DNA of 64,000 bases from Camelus ferus (taxonomy: Eukaryota). Below are positions 14,328-26,514 of the stretch, in pieces. Location of the stretch: the NCBI RefSeq assembly GCF_009834535.1, contig NC_045697.1, positions 5,210,001 to 5,274,000 of the forward strand. The letters are read 5' to 3'. The notes beneath the pieces were generated by a model. That model saw only the letters and a program-made list of their open reading frames with translations, made no database searches and was not told the origin of the DNA. Numbering within the stretch: the stretch's first letter is position 1; the number at the start of each line of letters is the position of its first letter. The position numbers and the translations under genes are program-made.

Positions 14328-16235
14328 ACCACCAGGCAAATAAGAAAACAAGAGATGTCTAAAAGGAAACAGATGACAACAGAAATAGACGGTTACCAAA
14401 TAATGGAGTTATCAAACATGTCTTCTAAGTAAACATGATTGATATGTTTAATTAAAAAGCCAGTTCTGAGAATTTCAGCAGCAGTGGAAAGCCATTAAAA
14501 TGAACCAAACGGTGGTTCTAGAACTGAAAAGTGCAATAAGCTATGTTAAGAACTTGATAGTTATACTGCATAGCAGACAGACAGGCCTGAAATGATTACA
14601 AAAGAAATAGGCTAGAAGAAAATATTTGATCAGAAAGTAAAGAGAAATAAAAGAATCTTTAAAGATACAGAAATACTGTCAGAGCCGCGTGGGGCACAGC
14701 GCTAAGGCATACAATACCTGTGCAATTTGAGTTCGACGGTGTGAGGAGAAAGTGTCACAGTGTTACTAGAAGGCTAAATAAGAATCCTGCAAAACCATCA
14801 GTGCTGTTCAGGCACAGTCACCAGAAGCATGAGCCACAGCAGAAAGTGGCCGGGACACCACACCTATGCACACTGGAATTAAATTTCTGAAAACAAAATA
14901 GAAACTCTTAAAATCAGCTAGATAGATGAAACGTATCTGCTTAGTACTGACAGCTGTCTTTTAATCAGAAACAATAAAAGCCACAAGACAACAGAATTAT
15001 ATCTTCAAAATGCTTAAGGAAAAAGCTGCCAACATAGAACCTGATATCCAGAAGAATCATCCATAAAGTTTAAACAAAGACAATTTCAGAAGAATGGTAA
15101 GTGAGAAGACTCATCACCAGAAGGCATACACTAAAGGGAATGCTAAAGAAAGCACTTCTGGCAGAGTGAAAGTAATTTCAATGGGAACTTCTAAGTGAAG
15201 GAAGAAATAAAGAACAGAATATGTGAGTAAATATAATCAACGATCTAAGATTCTGTCTCAGAAATCTAGAAAAAGAACATTACATTAAACCTAAAATTAC
15301 AAGGAGAAAAGTAAACTAACAAATCAGTGAATCATTAGCAAACAAATAAAAATGAACAAAGCCAAGGCTATTTATAAATTTAAAAAACTGATAAACTCAG
15401 GCAAGACCAATGAAAATAAAGGAGAGAGAAAACACAAATTACCAAAATCAGTACTGAAAAAGAAACATCACTACAGATCCTACAACCACTGAAAAGATTA
15501 AAAGGCTGTTATGAACAAAGTTATGCCACTACATTTGAACTTAGAAATAGTAACAATCCTACACAGACTCTTACAGAGAATTGCAAGCAATGGTATACTT
15601 CCAGATTTTTTTAAGGAGAACAATATAACCTTGATACCAAAAAACTAATGAAGACATTAAAAGTGTGCTCTTGCTGTTCTTTGGAAGAGTTTGTGGAGTA
15701 GTATTATTTCTAACATTTGGAAGAATTCACGTAGACATGAATTCATGAAGACACCTAGGCTTAGACCTTCCTTCGCAATAAAGTTTTTATTTTTATTACA
15801 GACTCAATTCTTTAATAGATACAGAACTACTCTAATATTTAAATTCTTGTAAGTTGTATTTTCCAAGGTAGTTATTTTATCTAAGTTTCAAGTGTATTGG
15901 CGTAATGTTTGCAATATCCTCATGAAAAATTTAGAAACAAAATATTAGCAAATCAGATTGAATAATTTACCACTCATGAGAAAGTCAGTTTTATGCCAAG
16001 AATGAAAGGTTGATTTAATATTTTAAAATGCTCTAAAATTTTAATTCTTCACCTAGTCAGAAAAAGGAGAAAAACCACATATCATCTCAACAGGTGGAGA
16101 AAAATCATTTACTTAAATTCAGCCCTCATTGATAATAAAAACTCTTCAGCAAATCAGGATAGAAGGGAAATAAGGTGATAAAGGTGTCTACAATAACAAT
16201 ACAGCTAACATAACAATGGTAAAATAGCGAACACG
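13660..16235 (+). mobile_element. Ancient L1 (5' region, ORF1, deleted ORF2) with an internal inverted segment
   Basis: ctagaactgaaaa, atcactacagatcctaca, ccttgataccaaaa and aaaaccacatatcatctcaaca motifs; poly(A) expansions at 13841-13860 and 14293-14325. Confidence 0.75.
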
Positions 16236-16264
16236 TTCTGTCTGAAGAAGGCTGGTTTTGGTAA

Positions 16265-16660
16265 GTGTGCCAACTAGGACAGACTGTGTTATGCTGCATA
16301 ACAAGCAGCCCCAATCTCAGTGACTTAAAACAGCAGAGGTTTCTTTCTCACTGATGCCATGTCCCAGATCAGGTTGGCTGGTTGTGGGTGTGGCCTCCAT
16401 TCCACTCTGGGCTCACTCTGGGAACCAGGCTGAAGTCATTTCTACCCTCCAGAGCACTGTAGTTGCCCAAACAGAGGAGGAAAGAAACAAAGTGACATCT
16501 GGTTCTTAAATACTTTTTCCAGGATGTGACACACATCACCTCTGCTGACACTGATCCAAGCAAGTCGCACAGTCCCACATAACTTCAAGGGACAGGGAAG
16601 TATAATTTTTTTGTATGCATAGAAATGAGCAGGGACAGGATAGGGGTGAACAGCGGTAAA
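16265..16660 (-). mobile_element. Old MaLR LTR (MLT1J/K/L-like)
   Basis: ttatgctgcataacaa..ccccaatctcagtgacttaaaacagcagaggtt motif. Confidence 0.6.
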
Positions 16661-17443
16661 GTCCCACAGTGAGTGAATGGGATGTTATATCACTGACTTC
16701 ACAGATGGAGTACTTCTGGGAGATGAACCAGATGCCAAAATCCTCAGTGAATAAAGACACTCCGAGGAGGTCATACAAATTTGGCTACTAAGCCTGATTT
16801 TCTCTTGCTGGGTAGTTCTGTTGTGCGAGGCCTCCCCTGGCATCCTGAACTGTTTGTCCCATTGCTGTCTGCATGAGAATATCCCTTTAGGGTGTCAGGA
16901 CCCTCGCTGCTCTTTCTAGAACACTTTCTCCATCTCTGTGTACAGTTGCTCAGAGCTCAGATTTTAGATAACTTGAGTATTGTTAAGAATATTTTGTTCC
17001 TTCCAATTCTCTCAGGAAAATGCCTAAGCTCAGTGCTAGCTTATGCTGTTTGATCCTCCTAAAATACCGATCCTTTTTCCCTCAAAGCATTTAAACCCTT
17101 CCCTCAAGACTCAACAGAAACCTGTCGCCACCCTAACACCCTATTCACTCCAGCTCGTAGCATGAGAGCCATCTCCCCTCTCTCCACCCTTTGGCTCTCC
17201 CCTGCAAAAGGAATTTTGTCTTTCCCGGAAAGCAGTGGGGAGAAGCTCTGCCTTTTCTCTCACTGGGAAGAGAAGTGATACCCCAGATCATGATCCATAA
17301 GAGTCTGATATCCACTGACCATTACAGACTGTCATTTAAAAAAAATGTCTTGGGTGTTCTCTGCGACTGGGAGTCACAATCCCAGAGCCCACTTTACAGA
17401 CTCAAAGTTCTCTGCCCAGGCAAGTCTCAAAAGTTGAAATGAA

Positions 17444-17590
17444 GGGGAGGGTATAGCTCAAGTGGCAGAGCACACGCTTAGCATGCATGAGGTCTTGGGT
17501 TCAATCCCCAGTGCCTCCATCAAAAAAAAAACCTAAACAAGTAAATAAAACTAATTACCTCCCCTAGCAAAAAGCAAAAAAAAAAAAAAA
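17444..17590 (+). mobile_element. tRNA-Ala-derived camelid SINE (vic-1 type)
   Basis: GGGGAGGGTATAGCTCAAGTGG (A box)...GCTTAGCATGC...GGTTCAATCCC (B box), A-rich tail; 15-bp TSD aaaagttgaaatgaa (17429-17443) / aaaagttgaaacgaa (17591-17605). Confidence 0.9.
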
Positions 17591-17716
17591 AAAAGTTGAA
17601 ACGAAGGGACAAGAGCAGAAAGGCCATTCTGGACTCAAATCCAAGCCAGTTCTCTAAATCAACTTTACTGGTAAAGAGTCTGAAATTTCTGCATTGGTTT
17701 TTCAGTAGCTTCTGAA

Positions 17717-17808
17717 AATAATGTAAGAATAATGTAAGAAATTACATTACATTACAGAATTACATTACATTACAGAATTACATTACATTACAGAATAATG
17801 TAAGAAAT
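17717..17808. repeat. Compound short tandem/inverted repeat
   Basis: (aataatgtaag)x2, then (aattacattacattacag)x3, then aataatgtaag. Confidence 0.9.
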
Positions 17809-18039
17809 CAGCCCCCAATAAGTGATGACTTTCATCTCTCATTCAACAAAGAGCTGCTCTAGGCCTTCCCTGGCCCCATTCTAGGCCATGCAGACACAAG
17901 GGTGAAAAGGGAAGGATGACTGCTCCCTAGTGAGCCACAGATCAGTGCGGAAGTGGACATGCAACCTGGCAATTAAATAAAATAAGCTGAAGTGTTCCCA
18001 CCATGTTTCAAGGAACACAAAAATAACAGGCGCCGGAGA

Positions 18040-18460
18040 GGACAGCTGTGTTTGCTTTCACCTGCCCGCCCAGCGTCCACGGCCCTTCTTCTAAAGATAC
18101 CCCAGTGTTCTCTGAGAGTATTCTGCACATACCTCCTTAGTCTTAATGCCCCAAGGGAAGCCAACTCTACACCCTGAATTCAAGGGTGGGCACGTGGTCC
18201 AGCCTGGCCAGTTAGAGCTCAGCCTCCCTGGTCACAGCCACTGGTTCAAGACGGGCCCACGACTTCATCAGAACCCATCAGAACTAACCCTGGGATGTTT
18301 CCTGCAACAGCAATGAAAAAGATGCTCCCTTTTCCAAACTTGGAGCTGTGAGGTTGCGAGCCGGGGGCTGGAAGGGCCCCCAGAGGAGAGAGCCAGCTGT
18401 AGCCACACAGGGGAGGGAAGCCAAGAAGGAAAATTCAGGAACCTGGTTCCACCCCTGGCC
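18040..18460 (+). mobile_element. LTR16-family ERVL LTR relic
   Basis: gggtgggcacgtggtccagcctggccagttagag...ctggtcacagccactggttcaag..gggc motif typical of LTR16. Confidence 0.6.
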
Positions 18461-18857
18461 AATAAGAGCGACACCTTTGTTCATTCATGTAGCCATTCAT
18501 CCATCAAAAATCTGCTGGGCACCTGTTACATCCCAGGTGTTCTTTTCGGCCTTGCAGACACAGCAGTGAATAAATCACACCGCATCTCTACTTGAAGGAG
18601 CCTGTAATCCCCCTGGAGGAGATAAATACACAAAAAATGACGCCCACTTGAACAAGATTGCTCTGGCTGCTGCACTGAGGTGCCACTGAAGGGGTAAGGG
18701 GAAAAGGAAGGTTACTGTAGTAACCTAGGTGAGAGATGTGACCCTGCCTGGGACCAGAATGGAAGTGATGCAGGTGGTGAGAAGTGGCCAAAGCCAGTTC
18801 ATTCCCTTCAAAGGCACTCATGTCGCTTCCCTGTCACCTGCAGCTAGAGGAGGAGAA

Positions 18858-19130
18858 CATGCCATGTCCTGTCTACTTCCGGATGCCACCCACATCAAAT
18901 GCCCTGTTACTTCAGATACCACTAAGAAGAGAGAAATGCTACCAACTAATCTGTGATGTGATTCTTTCTCACCCCTTGAAAGTGCTCTAAGTAGGAACAG
19001 CTGTGACCACATGCAAGCAATAAAACTACATCACAAACACCGCCTTGAACAGCAGTGACCATAAAGCACATCCCGATGTCAAAACCATTAAACCAAGAGA
19101 AAACGTGTGCCTTATAATCAGTGAAACAGA
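18858..19130. mobile_element. TcMar-Tc2 relic (MER104/Kanga-like)
   Basis: taccactaagaagagagaaatgctaccaactaa and aaagcacatcccgat...gtgccttataatcagtgaaa resemble MER104. Confidence 0.5.
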
Positions 19131-19772
19131 ACAGTGTGCATACATATGTCTGACGTTACAGAGATGATGGATGCCTGTTTTATCCTCACGACATCCATAC
19201 TTATTTTTATGAGGGTTGAAAGGTATAAACGCAACCTACAATTCATTTCTACTTAACCATCTCAGACTGATTTATGGCCATTTTCTTCATCCCCCATGTA
19301 CAAGACAAATCAAAATGAATTTTTAAATGAGACATGGATCTTAAAATCTAAGGTTTACCTCCTAGACTCTTGCATTAGACACACACATGCCTCATACAGA
19401 TGTGGACACCAAGCCCTTAAGCCCACATCCCTCACATGGCCACCTCTCTAGCCTCCATCCCTGTACATATTCTAGAGACAAGAGCAAAGCTTATTCAAAG
19501 CAATTCTAAGCTTTCTCAGGATATTTTTGGTTTTCACCTTATGCACAGACCACAAGTGATACAGGTTGGAAAACCAGGTGTAACATGAGTGAGCTTGCCT
19601 AAAGTTTCAAAAAGAGTTGAAACAAAGTTGGAAGTGAATCCTGCAGCCTCAGAGATTTCAGCCACTTTGTAAATCACACTGACACAGACACCCTGGGTTC
19701 AAAGAACTGTCTCCGAGTAAAGCATGATTGCAACTGAGGGGAGTGATTTTTTCATTTTCATTGCCAGAATAC

Positions 19773-19797
19773 GTGTGTGTGTGTGTGTGTGTGTGTC
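19773..19797. repeat. (GT)n microsatellite
   Basis: About 12 GT units. Confidence 0.9.
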
Positions 19798-20526
19798 ATC
19801 TATTTATTTAAACCAAGAAGATGCTTTCACGTTCTAGACTGCACGTGAGGTTACCTGGCCCAGTAACACTTCTTTTTAAGTGCCCCTGTAACCCACAATA
19901 ATCTGAAATGAAAATACCCAGAGCTGGTTCTGAGGTTGTGAAATCAATATCCTCAAATGTGGACACTGGCCATAAATTGGTAAAATGTTGTTTAAAAAAC
20001 CCTTTGGAAACACAATTTAAGAACATGTTTCTGGAATCCTAAAAAGTAATCAATCCTTTGATCCACTAATCTTGCTCCTTGCACCTCATTGAAGGAATTC
20101 ACTTAAAAGAAGAGAAATGCTGTATGTACAAAATTTTCAAACAACTTATAAGGATGAAAAGCTGATCTGGGTGCCTCCTCCAGAAAGAAAAAAGAAAGAA
20201 AAGCTGAAAGCAGCCTGCACATCTAACAAGAAAACATTTAAGTAAATTATGATAGTTCCATCTGATGGAGTATTACAGCTCATTAAAATAATAACTGTGA
20301 AGACATTATGGCAACATAAAGTACTTAAAATCTGATGCTAAGAGAAAAAGCAGAAATCATTTTATTTGTGGCAAGTGTACTTTTATATAAAAATGTCTAG
20401 ACGTGGATAAAAACAGGAAAGGAAAAAATAACTTCAAAACAGTTTTGACATGAATCTGGAATGGTAGATAATTTTGTTTTCAGTCCCAGAACTAGTATTA
20501 TGATATGACTGCTCAACAAATGTTTT

Positions 20527-21402
20527 TATTTGCATTCTTTTTTATTGAAGCAGTCAGTTTACAACGTAGTGTCAATTTCTGGCACACAGCATCATGTTTC
20601 AGTCACACATGTACATAAGTATATTCCTTTTCATATTCTTTTTCATTACAGGTTACTACAAGATGCTGAATATAGTTCCCTGTGCTACACAGTACAAACT
20701 TGTTTTTTATCTATTTTATATTAGTAGCTAGTATTTGCAAATCTCAAACTCCCAACTTATCCCTCCTTACCCCCCTTTATCCCCCAGTAACTGTAAGTTT
20801 GTTCTCTATGTCTTTGAGTTTCTCTCTGTTTTGTAATAAGTTCATTTGTGTCTTTTTTTTTTAGATTCCACATATAAGTGATATCCTATGGTATTTTTCT
20901 TTCACTTTCTAGCTTGTTTCACTTAGAATGATCTCCAGGTCCATCCATGTTACTGCAAATGGCATTATTTTATTCTTTTTATGGCTGAGCAGTATTCCAT
21001 TGTGTAAATATACCCCAACTTCATCCATTCATCTGCTGATGGACTTTTAGGTCGTTTCCACATCTTGGCTATTGTAAATAGTGCTGCTGTGAACACTGGG
21101 GTACATGTATCTTTTCAAATTAAAGTTCCTTCTATCCAGAGTGGGATTGCTGGATCACATGGTAAGTCTATGTTTAGTTTTTTTAAGGAATCTCCACACT
21201 GTTTTCCATAGGGGTTGCACCCATTTACATTCCCATCAGCAGCACAGGATGGTTCCTTTTCTCCAGTCTCTCCAGCGTTTATTATTTGCAGACTTCTGAA
21301 TGATGGCCATTCTGACTGGTGTGAGGTGATAACCTCATTGCAGTTTTGATTTGTATTTCCCTAATGATTAGCAATATTGAACATCTTTTCCTGCGCCTTC
21401 TG
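20527..21402 (-). mobile_element. 5'-truncated younger L1 3' end
   Basis: L1 ORF2 C-terminus and 3' UTR in antisense; TSD caaatgtttt at 20517-20526 and 21403-21412. Confidence 0.9.
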
Positions 21403-21999
21403 CAAATGTTTTCTGAAGGTGGTATCTGAGATGCCTGTTGCTAACTACCGAGTGCTGTCAGATGTGTTGTTACCATCTTCCTGTAGGTATCTGCACAAAG
21501 AGACCTCCATCAGAGCCTGGTCTCAGTCGGCGTGGTCCTACATATCTGTGAGAGATGCATTTTCCTGTAGGCCCCCGGAGGTGGCACAAGGAAGAGCATT
21601 AGGTGCCAGACACTGGCGTTAGGCAGGCCTGTGTGTGATTCCCAGCTGATCCATACACAGGCCATGGGACCCTGGGCAGTTTTCCTGAGGTCCTCTGTAA
21701 ACTCTCTAGCAAAATGCAGGTTCTGAGACTTCCCTGGCTGAGCTGTGATATTAATTCCCAGTGAGGTATGAAAAGTTGTCCACAAAGGCATCAGTAAGTT
21801 ACAGCTGCTGTTAATATTATGTGGATGCAAGTTAAATGTTTGCCGTCAGAATTTAGATGGTCATGGTACAGTTATGCAGTGGCGTATTTTCAGCTCTCGT
21901 TTAGCTTTAAATTGCTTATGAGACAGATCTGTTCTGGCCAGGCAGGTGTCTGCATCATCAGCCACCCAATAACTGGTTTGGGAGAGCGAGTTCTTTCAC

Positions 22000-22530
22000 T
22001 GGACCATGTCACTGCCCTGCTTAAAATCCTTCAGTGATTACAGATGCCTATAAAGTCAAGTCCAAACACATGGCCACTGGGCCCTTTCAGGACGGCCCAG
22101 CACTCAGTGTTCATCTCCTGTGACTTCCAGCCTTACACTCCACACTGTAGGAGTACTCAAGCCCCTACGATCTCCGCAGTGAGTCATGATGACTCTTTAC
22201 CATCTGTCTTTGCACATTCTGTTCCCCCCCCCTCAAAACACCCTTCCGCTTCTACTGACGTCTCCTTCCTGGGAACTCCTACCATTTCTACAAGACCTAG
22301 TCTAAAAGAAAGACTTCTCAGACCCTCGTCTCTGCCCCTGGGTTAGGGCCCCTCCTCTAGGATGCAGGATGCCAGTCGCCCAAGTTCACTGCACTGTCTT
22401 GGCTGGCTATCTGCTCTGTGAGCTCCCTGAGGGTTAGAGCTTTACCTTCATCCTCTCTGTATCCCTGCTGCCCAGCACAGGGGTGGGTGCAGAAAGGACG
22501 ATCAGTCAACACCTACGAAATCAACGAATC
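22000..22530 (+). mobile_element. L2 3' fragment
   Basis: catgtcactgccctgcttaaaatccttcagtg ... gagctccctgaggg ... cccagcacag motifs. Confidence 0.65.
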
Positions 22531-22979
22531 AGTTGGCAGCAAATAGTGTTTTACTTGCACCGGTATTGAGAAAGATGCTGGCAAAAATCAAACAAGTTAA
22601 TGTTTCACTGAGCTGGAAGCCGGCAAAATGAGAGTCCTAACCTGGTATTTCAACCCGCCCCAAAACAGGTAGTTGACCTTGAGCCTGACCACTCTTGGAA
22701 TGAGGAACAACAGCAGAAAATCAAAAGGTTGGCTACGCCAGATATAACTATATTGCCAATAAATATGTGAAAGTGTGTATCCTGGGATGAAGGATCGAGA
22801 CCATTGTCGATACAAGGGAGGCAAATTTCCTCTGCAAATTCAAGACAAAGATGCTAAGAAAGTTACCTAAAGGATGACCTTTGACCCAGGCTGGTACCAT
22901 GAACCTCTAACACTGGGGCTGGTATATACGTTTGTGCTTTCTTCTGGGAAAGGAGTCCCCGGCTTTCATCAAAGAATCC

Positions 22980-23399
22980 TGTTACGGGCTGAACTGCGTC
23001 CCCTCCAAACTTCAGATATCGGAACTCCAACCTCCAACATGACTATATTTGGAGACAGGGCTTTTAAGGAGATAATTCATGGTCACCAAGGTCATAAGGA
23101 TGGGGCCCTAATCCTATGGGACTGATGTTCTTATAAAAAGAGGAAGAGTCAGCAGAGCTCTGTCTCCTCCAGTGCACAGGGGAAAGGCCATGGGAGGACC
23201 CAAGGAGAAGGGGCTGTCTGCCAGCCAGGAAGGGGGTTCTCACCAGAACTCAACCCTGCTGACACTTTGCTCTTGGACTTTCAGCCTCCAAAACAGGGAG
23301 AAAATACATTTCTGTTGTCTAAGCCCCCACCAGCAACAAACTCTGTTTTTTACGCATCTGTGGTATCTTGTTACAACAGCCCGAGCAGACTAATATACA
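22980..23399 (+). mobile_element. MaLR solo LTR (MLT1B-like)
   Basis: tgttacgggctgaactgcgtcccc ... tatttggagacaggg ... gtggtatcttgttacaacagcccgagcagactaatataca. Confidence 0.8.
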
Positions 23400-23641
23400 T
23401 CCCTTCCCCAGAGTAGACAGGAAACCTTTGACTTGCTGAGAACAGAGAATTTCTGGCCAGGTCCTCCTCTCCATCTGTCAATGAGTGTATCTTCTCATAG
23501 GGTCTGAGCAACTCGGAATGTAACCGCACAGGACAGAAGTGCTTCAAAAGGGCCAAGCCTGTCCTACATCCACCCCAAGAAGACCATCCCATAGCAGAGC
23601 ACACATCTGAATACTGATTTCACTGTCAAGATCACTTTGAA

Positions 23642-23795
23642 GGGGAGGGTATAGCTCAATGGGAGAACGTGTGTTTAACATGCACAAGGTCCTGGGTTCA
23701 ATACCCAGTTCTTCCATTAAAAATAAATAATAAATAAATAAACCTAATTATCCTCCCTGCACAAAAGAAAAATAAAATAGTAATTAAAAAAAAAA
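23642..23795 (+). mobile_element. tRNA-derived camelid SINE (vic-1 type)
   Basis: Same head and aacctaattatcctccc tail as the 17444 copy; degenerate TSD aagatcactttga / gagataactctga. Confidence 0.88.
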
Positions 23796-25218
23796 GAGAT
23801 AACTCTGATTTCCAGAGAGCAGTTCAGGATCACTGTGAACTTGGCTGGGGAAGAGTTCAGCTACATGGTGTCCAAATGCATCCTGTGACACACAGGAGCC
23901 TCCACCACCCGTCTACCTCTTCTCTGTCCTCTCCTGGCTCTCCACCTGCCTGTGCTCCAGACTAAACAACCAGGAAGGGCTCAGCCCTCCTTGCGTCCCC
24001 AGGTCCCTGCACTGGCCCCCGTCACTGCCCTTATCACCACGAATGGTCCCTGGTGATTCAGTGCCACTAGACTAGGAGCTCCTTTAAGAAAGGACCAAAT
24101 GGGCCTGGCTTATTGAATTACATTGACTGTATTCAGGTGTCTTTTGAGAGGGACTGCTGGGATAAACATCTGACTATCACCCTCAGCCTTGGTAGATCTA
24201 GAGACCATGATCTGTGCCCACAAACCTATGCCTGGGCACAGAAAGCACTGCCTTCAGGGCAGACTGTCCAGCCTCAAAGCCAGCTCCAACCAGAGCACAT
24301 CCCTTTCTCCAACTGTAAAAAGGAATAACGAAAGTACCAACCTCACAGGTGACCACAGACAAAGCCCTAGAATGGTGCATGGTACCTGGAATACGCTCAG
24401 TAGTCCCAGCTCTTGTCTGGGGCACAGCAGAGGCTGGAGAAACCAGTGCAATAGGAAACCGAGCTTTTCGAGGCAAGGAGTTAACAGGTAACACTCTGTG
24501 CGGAGCTCTGTACTGATTATATTTACAAGGCACTTCTCGCATGAATTACCAGCGGTTAGTAAGACAGTAGGTGGTATCACACGTCTCATCTCCTGGGTGA
24601 AGAAATAAAGGTTTCAGAGAGTTTAAGTAAGCTGCCCACAGACACACAGCGCTGGAAAAGGGATTCTGCTAGTTTAAATAATGAGCTCTACCGACCTGAG
24701 CAACCAGGAACCCCAGCTCTGGAGTTCTGATGAGGTTGGCCCGCCTGCACCACTCCTCCACCTGGGAGGCTGCCAGCCGCGGGACGCCTTCCGCCCAGCC
24801 ACAGAGTTTAACCAAGAAAAGTTTCCTGAGGCCGCCCTGGGCGACTGAGGACGGCAGCATGGAACCTGCCCGAGCACGAGCCCAATGCATAGTGTACACA
24901 CACACGCACGCACGCACGCACGCAGCCTCCTTCAGCCCGGGCTCTGAAGGAGACCTCGGCTTCCTCGGAGCCCGAGCAACATCCAAACTCGCCTCTGAAG
25001 TAACTCATCCCTCCTGCTCCCCCAAGTGAAGCCTTCGGATTCAGTCTCCTCTCGGAATCCGCCGCCCGGGCCCGCGCCCAGCACCGTCCCCGCCCCCAAG
25101 GGGACCGACACGGAGGAGTTGGGTAGAAGCCCGGCGCTCGGCCAAGGGTGATGGAAGGAGGGATGTCCGGCCGATGCCCAAGGGGGCGGCGCGGGGCGGG
25201 CGCCCCTCGCCCTCTTAC

Positions 25219-25270
25219 CTTCCTCATTCTCGTCAAACACCGGGGGCTTGTGGGAGTGGTTCCCGCCCAT
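25219..25270 (-). CDS. STK32B: Serine/threonine kinase 32B (YANK2), first coding exon (52 nt); the remaining exons lie beyond position 1
   Basis: Minus strand reads ATG GGC GGG AAC CAC ... GAG GAA G|GTAAGA = MGGNHSHKPPVFDENEE, matching the STK32B N-terminus as I recall it. Canonical phase-1 GT donor at 25218-25217. Lies in a CpG island, and CYTL1 is the known neighbour. Confidence 0.96.
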
Positions 25271-26500
25271 ATTCCGCCGGGGCGGCTGCCGCTGCTGCCG
25301 CTACCACATGCCCGGCGGCCGGGACGCGGGGTGCGGGGTGCGGTCGCGGGATGCGAGGCGAGCGCCCAGCCCAGGCTGCAGCGGCGCGCCGAGCGGGAGG
25401 GAGCCGAGCGCCGCGCAGGGGCGGGAACCGCGCCCGCCGCGCCCCCTCCTCCCGGGCGGCGCTCTCCCGCGGCGCCCGCCGCGCCCCCGCCGCGCTCGCT
25501 CGTCCGCCGCGCCCCGCGCCCGGGCCACCGAGCCGCGCTCCTCGCCAGCTGCGGCGGGCGGGAGATCGGAGGCGGCGCGGGAGTAGGAGGAGCAGGAGCA
25601 GGAGGGGAAGGAGGGAAAAGGAGGGGGCGCGCGGGCGAAGCGCCGCTGGGAGCCGGGGGCAGCCTGGAAGAGAAGGGCGCATCCGGCGAGCGCAGCACTA
25701 GGGGTCGCCAGGAGGAGAGGGCGCGGGCCGCCACCTCCCCCCCGCACCCACCCAATCTGCGTGCAGGGTCAGCCCGGAGGAGTCGGGGTGCTCCGTCCAG
25801 GCACGAAGTGAGCATCGTGAGCCTCTACTACGTGCTGGTCCCCAGCTAAGCACTTTATAAGCACGATCCCAAGTTACCGCTCAACAACCCGATAGTTAGA
25901 AAAATCAGTGTTGTCCATTTTCGAGTCAGGTAGACTGAGGTTCAGGGGTAAAGGAGCCGTTCGGTCAGTAGGTGGTCTGTCGTGGCTGCGAAAGGAGCCC
26001 CCTCAGTCCCCATGGGCTTTCTTTGCCTACTCGGGCTGAGACCCGAGCAGTGCTGTGTCCGCCAGTTCTGCAACAGAAGCTTTTCTTCGCAGTGTTTTTC
26101 TAAATGTTTAATGAGCAAGAGTCTAGACCCTTTTGGACTCAATCTGACCTCTTCATTCTACCGGGGAAACTGAGTTTCAAAGGGGGCGTGGTTTGCTCAA
26201 AACCCCTCCGTGCGAGCGGTTGTGCGTGGGCTGCGGGATTCCCCCAAAATTGAGCCAAGTGGCCTGAGTCTGATAAAAAGGCGGTTCGCATCCGGGTCCT
26301 TGAGGCCCTGGCGGCGGGAGCTGGGGACCCTAGTCCAGGGACAGGTATGCTAAGGACGGGGAAGCGATGGGGGCGCCCCGAGTCTCGTGGGGCAGGCGTG
26401 GACTCTCAGAGGGCGCTCCCTAAGGGAAACGCAGGTTACCCGCGCCGTGCAGGCCTCCCCGCCCTGCGCGCCACGCTACGGGAAAATCTTTGGCCACATC

Positions 26501-26514
26501 CTGCCACCTGCTGG
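26501..26514 (-). promoter_or_regulatory. Candidate CTCF site
   Basis: Minus strand CCAGCAGGTGGCAG fits the CTCF core CCASYAGRKGGCRS; located at the distal edge of the CpG island. Confidence 0.5.

Noticed and set aside
17444..17520. tRNA-Ala gene (also 23642 and 33872)
   Set aside because: Degenerate stems, A-rich tails and TSDs indicate SINEs.
24932..25218. Continuation of the 112-aa ORF beyond DENEE
   Set aside because: Read-through into intron 1 past a canonical GTAAG donor.
1..25218. Further STK32B exons (expected next peptide VNFDHFQILRAIGKG)
   Set aside because: Not seen in the ORF track or by eye; a short exon could be missed without spliced alignment.
24808..25849. Long overlapping ORFs (335, 233, 175, 149, 148 aa)
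   Set aside because: Low-complexity Arg/Pro/Gly/Ala frames expected from stop-codon scarcity in a CpG island; only the 52-nt STK32B exon is recognisable.
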